A DNA stretch of 64,000 nucleotides from Selaginella moellendorffii (Eukaryota; Plantae; Lycopodiophyta). The stretch covers positions 86,973 through 150,972 of the forward strand of contig NW_003314390.1 of the NCBI RefSeq assembly GCF_000143415.4, in the 5' to 3' direction. Shown one piece after another: positions 1 through 10,425 of the stretch (its first letter is position 1; each line of letters begins with the position of its first letter). Made by a program: the position numbers and the translations under genes. Under the pieces are notes generated by a model. That model ran no database searches. It had not been told where the DNA came from and saw only the letters and a list, made by a program, of their open reading frames with translations.

Positions 1-231
1 GAGAAGAGAGCAAGAAACGAGAGCTGAGAGAAGGCCTACATTCTTTGAAACAACGCGCATTACCTTGCTCAGATCCAGCAAGAACCAGGAACTCCAATGC
101 CAGATCCCGCGGAAGTCGCTGTTATTCTCGGGTGGCCGGCGCCATCGATCGAGCGAGCGTCGTGGTGCCCTGGCGCAACCCTCGGAAAAATGTGAAGAGG
201 AAGAATTTTATTATTTTCAAAACCCTCCTAG

Positions 232-348
232 GAATATCCTATTCCACGTCATCAATAGAATATCCATGAACAGCGGAAGGATATTCTACAGCATAGTTAG
301 CGGAATATCCTGGTCAACAGAATATGGCTACTTATAGACAGAATATTC
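232..348. promoter_or_regulatory. Cluster of five P1BS (PHR1-binding, GNATATNC) phosphate-starvation elements
   Basis: GAATATCC at 232, 258 and 303, GGATATTC at 279 and GAATATTC at 341, plus a near-miss GAATATGG at 320 and CCACGTCA at 244. The cluster lies upstream of an apparent minus-strand first exon (donor AAG|GTAAT near 64). Confidence 0.6.
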
Positions 349-370
349 TTAAAGTTGATTGATTTTGTGC

Positions 371-1708
371 CTAGCTGAGGAGAAGCACGCCGCCATGGAT
401 CCACGCCACGGCCGAGAAACTAATGAGACCAGCCAAGAGCGTCACGAGAATGCTCAAGCAAGCGTACGCATAGCCACACCTCTTCCATCCCACTGCGCGA
501 CGCTCCAGCCAGTAAATCTCCGCTGCGAGCGTCGACACCGTGCTCATGCACCCCAGCATTCCAAATTGGATCCCTCCAGACACTAGCAGCAGCTGGTGAT
601 TCGATACCTGTGAGAGACAGAGCTCTCGGCTAGAAACTCGAAACGATCGAGAAACTCTGGAAGAACTTACCACCCCGAGGAGCTCCAGGATGTTGAGGAC
701 GAACTCGGCCAAGGAGGCAGTGACGTTGGCACACAGAGTCCCCGTTGGAAGCCAGCAGAGCCTTCCAGCGACGCCCCGGCCATTGAGATTGGAGAGCCAC
801 CAGCGGAGCCACACTCCCAGAGGAGCGAGCGTGCAAGCGATCCATAGCTTCTTCCTCCTGTAGTCGTTCTCGCGAAACAGCAGGAAGAAAGCCATCGTCC
901 AGAGGCCAATGCTGAGGAACACAAAGAGGAGGAGCTGCGTCGTGTGCCTCCAGTAGAGCTTCTTCGGCTTCTTCGACTTTGAGGCTTCGGTGGTGGCATC
1001 ATCCAGCTTGCATGCCAGGAGCAAGTTTGCGGAATCAATGCCGATGAGCAGAGACATCATAGCCAGCTCCATTCCTAGAAATTCTTTGGAGTTAGCTGAA
1101 GAACTCAACCGACTTACCCAGGAGAAAGCCCAACAATCCTCTCACCCAGCAGCCGGCGGTGATGATCCTCACCATGCTTTGCGACCACGACGCAAACGTG
1201 GTGATGCTTCCCATCAAACCGGTAGAAAGTCCCACCGCTAAGTGCTCGGAGAAGTGTGCTATCTCTTTCTTGAGCACAACTCCCACCCAGCCCATGAAGA
1301 AACATCCGAGCTAAAGAAGGAAAACAAAAGCCACCATAAGAACTCGAAAGAGAAAAGGGAAGATCTTTGGGTACCATATTGGCTGGAAGATCGATGAACA
1401 AAGCACTGCTTGTATCCGTAACTTGAGCTATGGTCGGGCCAAAGAGCTGCTCCAGTCCATACCTCAAGAGCACCTAGAAGCGCCACTCGCATTCTCAGTT
1501 CTTCTGGAGCAACGAAAGAAATCGCCAAAACTTACTCCAAGAATCCCAAATGTTGCCAGGTGGGCGAGCACCGACACCTGATCTAGCAGCACACACACCT
1601 CCCGATCCTGTCTAGACAAGCTTTAGCAACCTGCATTGCGATCCCGAGCGCAAGACGCACCTCTGCGAAGGCGTCCGCAGCCGCCATCTTCTCCACATCC
1701 TCCTCCAT
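371..1708 (-). CDS. FEX: Fluoride export protein (FEX, tandem CrcB/Fluc domains), multi-exon
   Basis: Spliced segments read SVLAHLATFGILG / LLRYGLEQLFGP...DLPANM / GCFFMG...GLSTGLMGSITTFASW / APLGVWLRWWL...PTGTLCANV...GMLGCMSTVSTLAAE, giving two CrcB signatures. GT-AG introns are short. The ATG at 1708 is inferred. Confidence 0.85.
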
Positions 1709-2034
1709 CGCGTGGATGGACTCAAGAGCCCTAAACTAAAAATGGAATCCGATCCAATCCGATCCAAGCAGATCAAGTCGAGCGAGCGAGCGATGCGAGC
1801 GAGAGATGGCGTTGGCGTGATGTGATGGAAGTGGCCAATCACGATCAAGTGTGGCTGTAGCGTGTGCGCGACGGTGGGAAGAGAATCAACAGATCGGGCC
1901 CGGGAATTCGATCAAAAGAGGAACGTTCAAGGGAAGATCCAGCACAGCTTAGTCGCGATTCCTTTTTCTTTTCCCTTTCCATGTCAAGCAAGCACCGAGC
2001 GTGCGATCCCGCGGGCCCCCATTTCAAAAATTCA

Positions 2035-2074
2035 GAACCCTAAACCCTAGAAAAACGATAAACCCTAAACCCTA
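2035..2074. promoter_or_regulatory. Telo-box (AAACCCTA) cluster between the divergent FEX and P450 genes
   Basis: AACCCTAAACCCTAG...AAACCCTAAACCCTAC gives four telomere-type units. GGGCCC site-II-like motifs lie near 1896 and 2013. Confidence 0.5.
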
Positions 2075-2377
2075 CCATATCACACCCAAATCGGTTAAGG
2101 AATTGTGGTGACACGTTGAGTTTCTAGAAGATCATCCAATTGACTTGCAACAAACAATGAAAGAGCCAAATTTCAGTATGATTTGAGGGTTTGACACTGG
2201 ACCGGCAGCTGAGGGCCACTTCAACTGTGGGGCAACAAAATAGAAGGTTACAAGAGTTACACGTACCAGAGATCACAACACGTCCAAATAAATGCTTGGG
2301 CTCTCTTCCTTGGCGACGCATCACTGAGAAAGAGAGGTAAAAACAGGGTCGCTGAGGAACAAGATCGGAACGACACG

Positions 2378-4261
2378 ATGATTCCTTCCTCCACTGCTTG
2401 GGCATGGACGTCTTTGGCAGGAGCTGCTGGAGTTTTCTGGCTTGCGGCGATTGTCTACTGGAGGTCATGGCGATTCCGAAAGCTCCAGAGGCTTCCACCT
2501 GGGAGTATGGGATGGCCGCTCATTGGCGAGCTGGTGCCATACGTGACAATTGCTCGCTCCGAGACTCCATTTCGCTTCACAAGAGAACGAGAGAGCAAGT
2601 AAGCTCATCGATTCTTAGCACCTTGGAAATTTACTCTTCTCTCTCGCAGTGAATTGATCGATTGCAATGCTACAGGTATGGACCAGTGTTCAAGACGAGC
2701 TTGGTGACGGGCAAGACTATCATGATCACTGATGTGGAGGGTGTCAAGTTTGTTCTCCACAACGAGGGTGTTCTCTTCGAGACGGGCTATCCCCAATCGC
2801 TCAAGGATGTCCTGGGCGAGCGCGCGATGCTCTTCCATCACGGTGACTTGCAAAAGAGAATGCACGCCATGCTAAAGAGGTTTGTGAGCTCCACGCCCCT
2901 CAAGAAGTATCTCACGCGAGAGATGGAACTCCTCACTAAGCAAGGCATGAGTACGTGGAGCAGAGGCCAAAGGATTCTTCTCCAGGACGAGATCCAAAGG
3001 GTTACTACCTGAACATTTTCTCTTAAGTTTGATCACAAATCCTTTCGTTTTTATTTCAGATCACCCACGACTTTTTGATGAAGCAATTGTTTGGATTGGA
3101 GCCTGGCAAGCTTTCCACAACCATATTGGAAGAGTTTAACACCCTCATGGCGGGGATCATTGGTGTTCCTATGATGATTCCAGGGACTCCATACTTCAAA
3201 GCAATGAGGGTACTCTTACATTTTTTTATATTTCAAAACTTTAAATTCTTCTTTCAAAATCAGGCAAGGGAGAAGCTGTCCCAGATTATAATGGATATGG
3301 TGGCTGCTCGAAGGGCCAGACCAGACATAGAACACAAAGACATCCTCAACGCATTGATCGAAGAAGTGAAAGAAGAAGATGGTGATGTGGAGAAGATTAT
3401 AATCGACAATGTTTTGGTCAACATTGCAAATGCAGAGGGTATTCCGGCAATCGTCATTGCTTTGGCTGTGAAAAACTTATCAGAAACTCCCAAAGCACTC
3501 GAGCACATCAGAGTAAGAAAATTCCATTTCCAAGCTTCTCTAGATCCTTAACTTTCCAGAATCTCTAATGCAGGAAGAGAACCTTGCAATCAAGAGGGGA
3601 AAAGATTCGAATGAAGGCCTTTCTTGGAATGAATACATGTCTTTAGAGTTCACCCAAGCTGTAAGTTTTTTTCTCTTTAAATTTTGTATTGATAAAGAAT
3701 TCAGGTTTTTAACGAGACACTTCGTCTTGCCAATGGAGCTCAAGGAGTAATGCGGAAAGCCCTCAAAGACGTGGAATATAGAGGTAATTCACAATTTAAG
3801 AATCCACTAGTCTAACACTCCATGGAAATTCATTCAAGGTTACATAATCCCCAAGGGCTGGACAGTGCTTCCTTATTTTCTCAACATCCACTTCGATGAA
3901 AATATGTTTCCAAATCCAACTAAGTTCCACCCATGGCGCTGGCTAGAGGTAAATATTATGATTTCTCACAAACTACGTTTTATTCTCCTACTTATCAGAA
4001 AAACATTCCATCAACTTACGTGCTTCCTTTTGGTGGTGGGTCGAGATTGTGTCCGGGCCAAGAGCTTGCTAAAGTCCAGACTGCAGTGTTTCTTCACCAT
4101 TTGGTCACCCAGTTCAAGTATAATTTATCTTTTCTGGTTAAACATTTCATTAACAACATAATGTATTGAACAGATGGGATGCAGAGCCAGAAACAGTGAT
4201 CAACTTTCCGAAGATCAGCACCAGAAACCACACCCCAGTTGTGCTGTACGATCTACACTAA
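2378..4261 (+). CDS. Cytochrome P450, CYP85 clan (CYP90-like), 9 exons
   Basis: N-terminal anchor, [32 protein letters not shown], heme motif [11 protein letters not shown] and C-terminus [12 protein letters not shown]...LYDLH*. Eight short GT-AG introns restore the frame. Confidence 0.92.
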
Positions 4262-4309
4262 TTAGCCAGACCAAATAAACGTATGAGAAACATTCCAAGA
4301 GATCACAGT

Positions 4310-4720
4310 AAGAAGATGTAACTCCTGGATATGGACATGTAGCTCGCTTTACCCTATTGGCGGCCATGATTTTGAGGTGCGCATTGACGAAAAGAGGGTC
4401 CTCTACGTGAGGAAACTACCTGGTTTGGACAAATTCCTCCGTAGCATGACCCAGTTCACTAACTTGTTACGCGAATTAAGTCATTGACAAGATTGATCTG
4501 TGGGGCAATTTAATTGCACACAGGTTGTTTATGGACTCATGTACCAAGGTTTTGGACCACCAACAACAAGGTGGTGATCAAAGTGAAGAAGATGATTTTT
4601 ATGTCAAAGACTTGAATGTTCTTGTGTCATGGTTGATGATTGTGAGGACAATTTCCGGAATAATCAGAGGAATGGGACTGCTGTAAGGTTCTTTGAGGAC
4701 GACTTAAAGGACACTTAGAA
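4310..4720 (+). pseudogene. FCP1/SCP (NIF-domain) phosphatase relic, intronless
   Basis: Broken frames give KKM*LLDMD (DLDET-like), LYVRKLPGLDKFL, VIDKIDLWGNLIAHRLFMDSCT, FYVKDL and VMVDD...NG..V.FFEDD. Confidence 0.6.
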
Positions 4721-5686
4721 AGATCTGTATCTCTCAAGACGTAAGAAGTGCCTTGAGGCCAATTTTTTTTTGGCGTGAGTTATAGGGTAAAATAGTGACG
4801 GTCGTCAAGTTTGGAGAGCAAGTGCACGAAAGCACTCTCCCAAGAGAACCCACAACACAAGGCAGAAATACTGCAGGTAATTCAGAGAGACCGAGTGCAT
4901 GGATCCGGACTGATTTCTTTTCTCATCTCGCAGGAGCTTCGCAATATCAGGGTAGAGCTCCAGAAGGACAACGAGATCAAAAAGCGCTTCCATGATAATC
5001 TAATGTGGGTCTTGGGACTTATGTAGCATTGTGAGTGATTGCGACTTTGACGGATTATGTCAGTGACTTTCAGGTTCCGATCTCTACATGTTCTTCTTTT
5101 TATATGAAGCATGCATACATCCAATGAAAAAAACATGTGTTCCTCTAATCTTCATCTGCTTATTCTAAGTACAAGAAACGAAAGGGGAACGTCAAGGTCT
5201 ATGATAAGCTCTGAGGGAAGTATGCCGCAAGCAGGCGCTTTGCACCGGGTGAAACTTAACATTCATTCTTTCTAGTAAGCAGTATGTCTCCCCGAAGAAG
5301 TAGCCAAGCTGAAAGAGCTCGGTGACACGTCCGAGACATATGCAAAGCGAAAGAGCTCGTTTTCTAAGTCTTGGTCACGCTTTTGTTACAAAGTGACTCT
5401 CTTTCTTCTTTCTTATCGCTTTGAGTGTGGGCTCAGTGAAGTGTCGCAGAAATGCAAGCAAAGGTACTACTGAATTTTGTTTTTTCACTTTCCGTATTCT
5501 GTTTTCGAGTGTAAATGCTTTCATGCGCTTTGGCTATAGTGCTTATAAGTACAAGAGACAAAGAGGGAGGGGGTTTCTAGCGTCTCCACTATCATAACGT
5601 CCAAGCGAAGAAAAGGTCTGTGCTGCTATAGCGTTTGACAGAGGTGATCTTTGATCTTTAGAGGCGAGCCAGCCGGCCATCCGTTG

Positions 5687-7692
5687 TCAAAGATATGTTT
5701 CAAGCGTCAGTGGCTTCCGAATCTGGGCTGCTGTCTTGAACCTTACGCCGATTCCTGCAGCAAAGCTCGGACAGGGATCACCTCGACAACACTCAAAAGA
5801 AAACGAGAGGCAAGGCATCAAACCGTACTTGTGGAATGACGACGACAAGGCGGCCCAGCTCCGACTGTTCATGAAAGGGAGAGCTACCAAGTAGACGATA
5901 AAAGCCGCGTAGAGACAGATGAGAATTCCCACGAGCAGCAGGATCAATATGGATCGGATCGCACTGTGGAGCAGAAACACAGCTAATAGATAAAAGTTGA
6001 TGACGACAACGAGTAGCGCAATCAGACCCGCGGCAGCCTGCACGACCACGCATCATGCGTCAAACAGGAGAAGACGTAAGAATCCAACCTTGAGGAGGCC
6101 ACCGATTCTAAACGACCCCATGATCCGCTCGTTGTCAACGAAAGTTAGCAGCGGGATGAGAGCAAACGGAAGCTGGATGGACTGGAGAACGTTGAGCCAC
6201 TCGTTGAGCTGGTCGAGCTCGTTGTCGGAGCTGTCGAATGCTAGAGCGACGATGATTGTCGGAACGATGGCCACGCTGCGAGTTACCATGACTCGGATCC
6301 ACTTCCGGATACGCAGGTTGAGGAAGCCGGCCATGACGAACTGTCCGGTGTAGGTGCTGGTCATGGTGCTGCTCTGCCCGGCCGCGAGGAGGCCCGCGGC
6401 CCAGATATACTTGATGGGGAAGTTGGAGCCGCCGTAGGCATGCTGGAGGTACTCACCAGCGTTGGCGAGGCCGATGTGTTGAGCGCCGGGCTTGCCGTAG
6501 AAGCTCTTGGCGAAGACGGACATGATGAAGACGTTGATGAGGAAGGAGATGACGATGGCGATGGTGGACTCGATGGAGTAGTAGCGGAGAGCGTCGCGGA
6601 CGTGGACCTTGTTGCTCGTGTCGATGGCCCGGGACTGGACGAGGGCCGAGTGGAGGAAGATGTTGTGGGGCATGATGACGCAGCCGACGATCCCGACGGC
6701 CTTGTCGATCGCGTTTGCTGGGACTCTGGGGATCACCAGTCCTGATCGCCATCCAGGGAAAGAGATGAGAAGCGAAGCTTGCCACCTAGAAGAACTAGAA
6801 CTCTAGCGAAGAACTACTTGAAGAACTCTAAAGAAGAACTCGAGAGAACTCTAGCGAAGAACTCCAGAGAAGCACACGTAGAACTCGAGGAACTCTAGCG
6901 AATTCCAAGAAGAAGAAGTAGTACGTACCGGAGATGATGGCATTGGAGCTGGGCTGGGCTTCTCCAAAAACTCCCGCGAAGGACAGTCCCATGATCAAGA
7001 TGAGGACAGCAAACAGGGCCTCGAGCTTGCGCACGCCAAAATTCTCGAGGAAGAGGAACAAGAAGCTGCGCAGGAAAATCTGTGAAGCCTCGAGAGATCG
7101 ATCCAGCAAAGAGGACAAGGAAGAAAGAAGGAAAATCTCTTCTTTTTTCTTCTTTCTTACCCGTAGATCCCAGTCATGAGCACTCCAGCCCAGAGGTGGA
7201 TGTATCCCCGGGACAAGATCTTAAACGCGATAGCGCTGCCAATCACTTCCTGGATATCGGCCCCGATGATCGCGACCTCGGTCATGATCCATAGTACGAT
7301 CTTGGTGCTGGACGGGTACTCTTCCCGGCAGAGCTCGGCGAGATGGGATCCAGTGGCGACGCCGAGGCGTGCGGCCAGGAGCTGGATCAAGAGGCCCATG
7401 GCGTGGCGAGGAGGAGGAGCCAGAGGAGGTAGTAGCCCGCCTGGGCGCCCACCTGGAGATCGCTCTCGATGTTTCCCGGGTCCAGGTACGCAATGCTCAT
7501 CAGGAATCCCGGCCCCATGAAGATCCACAGCTTGCGCCACGAGAAATTGGGCTGCTCGCCATCGCCCTGGCCGCCAGGATCGACATCACCGACGCGCACG
7601 AGCTCCGATTTCTCGTACGCGCGCTCCTCTGCTGCTGGAGCGTCGTTGCGCGCCCGGAATTGCGATAGCAAAGGAGCGCTCTCGTCTCCCAT
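5687..7692 (-). pseudogene. NRAMP: NRAMP metal transporter with a 1-nt frameshift in exon 1 (pseudogene allele or sequencing error)
   Basis: Motifs [44 protein letters not shown] and GQSSTMTSTYTGQFVM are present. GCC ACG CC ATG at 7407-7397 lacks one base relative to A-T-A-M. The last exon boundary is uncertain. Confidence 0.85.
6785..6905. repeat. Degenerate GAAGAACTCTAG tandem motif in NRAMP intron 2
   Basis: About 8 imperfect (GAA)GAACT(C)TAG/CGAG units. A similar motif occurs in a FEX intron at 630-670. Confidence 0.55.
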
Positions 7693-7828
7693 TGCGCGAG
7701 CAGTAAAACCCTATCTTTTCCTCCACTCTGTTTTACATTCCAAGAATATTCCTATTTATAAAAACTTTATCCGTAGCTCAGAGGAATCGAGCCTGTGACC
7801 AAACTATTCTAAGGAATATCTGATATTT

Positions 7829-10153
7829 TCAAAATTTACGTGCGAAGACTTTTGTCTCGCATTGAATGTCCATTGATCGGCAATTGACACGGCTCCCAGT
7901 GGAAGAAATCCATATGATCAAGTTCTCCTCCACGATTGGTGAAGTTATTTGAACTGGAGCTTGGGCAATGGTGGTGAGAAGTTCTTGAGCCTCAAAGCCC
8001 AATCCTCCACGATGCAGCAAATCCACAATGCAGTAGTAGTGCTGGATCGTGGGCGCCGCGAAGAAATCGCCACTGATCGACAAGAAGCAAACTCTCGCGC
8101 GCTTAGATTCGCCCCTCCGGCTGCACGAGATCAGGCAAGAGGTGAAGCAGCTCTCGTCTGGATCCATTCCTTCCACCGCCATCGCTCCAAACAGATCGCC
8201 CAGCGCTACTCGCGATTCTCTGGCTGTGGCGTGTGCTCCAAGCACCGCGCTCCATGCTATGGCGTCTCTCTCGGGCATTCGATCGAAGAGTTTGCTAGCA
8301 GTATGCAACTCCCCATTCCGGGCATTTGCTAAGAGAATCGCTGTCCACGAAACTCCATCTCTGATTGGCATTGAATCAAAAAACGATTGGGCGCTGGCAA
8401 CATCACCCATCGCTCCCCATCCGCCAAGAAGCGTATTCCACGCAAAAATATCGCTCTCAGGCATCGCATCAAAGAGATTCTTGGCTTGATCTAAATGCCC
8501 GTTCCGGGCATATCCTGCTAGCATCGCATTCCACGTGTACGGGTGCCTTTCCGGCATGCTATCAAACAGCGCCACCGCGGCATCCAGGATGTTGTTGGCG
8601 ACGTAGGCTGCCAGCAAGGCCGTCCACGTCACCTGGTCACGCTCTGCCATGTCAGCGAACACTCTCCCAGCATCATCAAGATGCCCAGCCCGGGCATATG
8701 TAGTAAGCATTACATTCCAGGTGACTAGATCACGCTCGAGCATCTTCTCAAAGATTCTTTTACACTCGTCTATAAGACCTAGTTGCGAGTAGCCATTCAG
8801 TATGGTGTTCCAGCTGACGAGATCGAGCTGCTCTTGCTGCCCACGAATTTCTTCCAGGATTTGCTCGAATCGATCCAAATCTCCAGCATCAGCGCACGCA
8901 GCTGCCATGGCCGTGCACGAGGCGAGATCGTGCCGCGGCATTGCCAAGAACATCGATCGCGCTTCCTGGAATTGGCGCCTATGGATTTGGGCGGAGATTA
9001 CTACCGTCCAGGAGACCACATCTCGCAGAGGCATCGCATAGAACAGACACAGGACCTGGTAGAGATGCCCGTGCTGCGCGAACAGCGAGAGCATCGAATT
9101 CCAAGCGATGAGATTGTGATGGGGCATCTGATCGAAGAATCGCTTGCCCTGCTCGACATCGCCGATCCGGATGTGCATTGCCAGCATCGAGTTCCAAGAC
9201 GCCAGATCACGCTCTGGCATCGCTTCAAACAAATGAGTAGCTTCTTCCAGATGCCCGAGATCGGCATATGCGGACAATATCGAGTTCCAAGAGATCAAAT
9301 TCCGCTCCGGAATGTAATAGACGAAGAGGACCCTCGCCTTTTCCAGATTCCGGGTTTGGATGTACGCTGCCAGTATCGCATTGTAGGAGACGATATTCCG
9401 GCCAGGCATAATGGTCAGGAGATCTTCCGCATCGGAAAGATGGCCGAATTGGCCATATGCGGTCAGGATTGTGTTGTACGAGATCACATCTCTTTCCGCC
9501 ATGGAATTGAACAGCAAGTGAGCTTTCGCTATTTGGCCATTCTGGGTATATGCAGCAAGCATGGCATTCCATGACACGAGATTCCACCCTGGAATCTTAT
9601 CAAACATCCTGGCCGCTACATCCAGGTTGCCATTCTGTGCGTATGCGTTTAGGATTGACGTCCACGATACGACATTCCGTTCTGGAAGAGAATCAAAGAT
9701 CTTTCTCGCCTTCTCAAGATCCCCGCTTCTGGCATAAGCAACAAGCACAGTGTTCCAGGAGATCAAATCTCGCAGCGGCATTTCAGCGAATACCATTTCT
9801 GCTCGGTGGAGATTACCGCTCGCTGCATACGCAGCAATCATCTCTGTGCAGGAGAAGCAATTCCATTCTGGCATCGCGCGAAAGACTTCCTCCGCGCGGC
9901 CCAGATCGCCGTTCCGGCCATACGCAGAGAGGAGGAGCGTCCAAGAGAAGAAGTTCCTGTGGCGGATGGAATCGAAGATCTCGCGCGCGCGCTGTAAGCT
10001 CCCGAATTTTCCATACATCTCGATGAGACGATTGGACAGAAACGTGTCGCAATCCCTGCCAGAGAATAGCACCTGCGATGCCACATCGATTTCTTTTGCC
10101 CTCGAGTAGCAATGGCAGCTCTTGATGAGCTGCAGACACTCTTCTCTGCCCAT
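7829..10153 (-). CDS. PLS-class PPR protein (774 aa), intronless, divergent E-like tail, no DYW
   Basis: About 20 tandem 31-aa repeats (SWNxMLxAYAxxGxLxxAxxLFDxMPERD), followed by PTIQHYYCIVDLL. Confidence 0.92.
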   Translation of the reverse strand: MGREECLQLIKSCHCYSRAKEIDVASQVLFSGRDCDTFLSNRLIEMYGKFGSLQRAREIFDSIRHRNFFSWTLLLSAYGRNGDLGRAEEVFRAMPEWNCFSCTEMIAAYAASGNLHRAEMVFAEMPLRDLISWNTVLVAYARSGDLEKARKIFDSLPERNVVSWTSILNAYAQNGNLDVAARMFDKIPGWNLVSWNAMLAAYTQNGQIAKAHLLFNSMAERDVISYNTILTAYGQFGHLSDAEDLLTIMPGRNIVSYNAILAAYIQTRNLEKARVLFVYYIPERNLISWNSILSAYADLGHLEEATHLFEAMPERDLASWNSMLAMHIRIGDVEQGKRFFDQMPHHNLIAWNSMLSLFAQHGHLYQVLCLFYAMPLRDVVSWTVVISAQIHRRQFQEARSMFLAMPRHDLASCTAMAAACADAGDLDRFEQILEEIRGQQEQLDLVSWNTILNGYSQLGLIDECKRIFEKMLERDLVTWNVMLTTYARAGHLDDAGRVFADMAERDQVTWTALLAAYVANNILDAAVALFDSMPERHPYTWNAMLAGYARNGHLDQAKNLFDAMPESDIFAWNTLLGGWGAMGDVASAQSFFDSMPIRDGVSWTAILLANARNGELHTASKLFDRMPERDAIAWSAVLGAHATARESRVALGDLFGAMAVEGMDPDESCFTSCLISCSRRGESKRARVCFLSISGDFFAAPTIQHYYCIVDLLHRGGLGFEAQELLTTIAQAPVQITSPIVEENLIIWISSTGSRVNCRSMDIQCETKVFARKF

Positions 10154-10339
10154 ACAAAGATGAGCTCCACATTTCTTTTTGTGACTTTAGTTACCAAAAG
10201 TTTCCCAATAGAAAATATCAATGGGAAGATCACAATCACTTTCTGTTTTTTAGATAATAATAATAATATTAGAAATATTGTTAGGTTTTTCTACTACTAC
10301 TATATATATTTTATTTCAATAAATATAATTTAGAGTAAT

Positions 10340-10345
<6 letters not shown>

Positions 10346-10386
<41 letters not shown>
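10346..10386. repeat. (TA)n microsatellite
   Basis: About 20 perfect TA units. Confidence 0.95.
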
Positions 10387-10389
<3 letters not shown>

Positions 10390-10425
10390 TTATGAAATTA
10401 TAATAGTGTTCAAAATTATGTTCAT

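Noticed and set aside
1-190. Plus-strand ORFs 45-269 and 65-337
   Set aside because: No recognisable protein. The region looks like a minus-strand first exon and promoter of a gene outside the window.
371-7692. FEX + P450 + NRAMP as a functional ion-detoxification cluster
   Set aside because: There is no shared pathway evidence, and adjacency is expected in a gene-dense genome.
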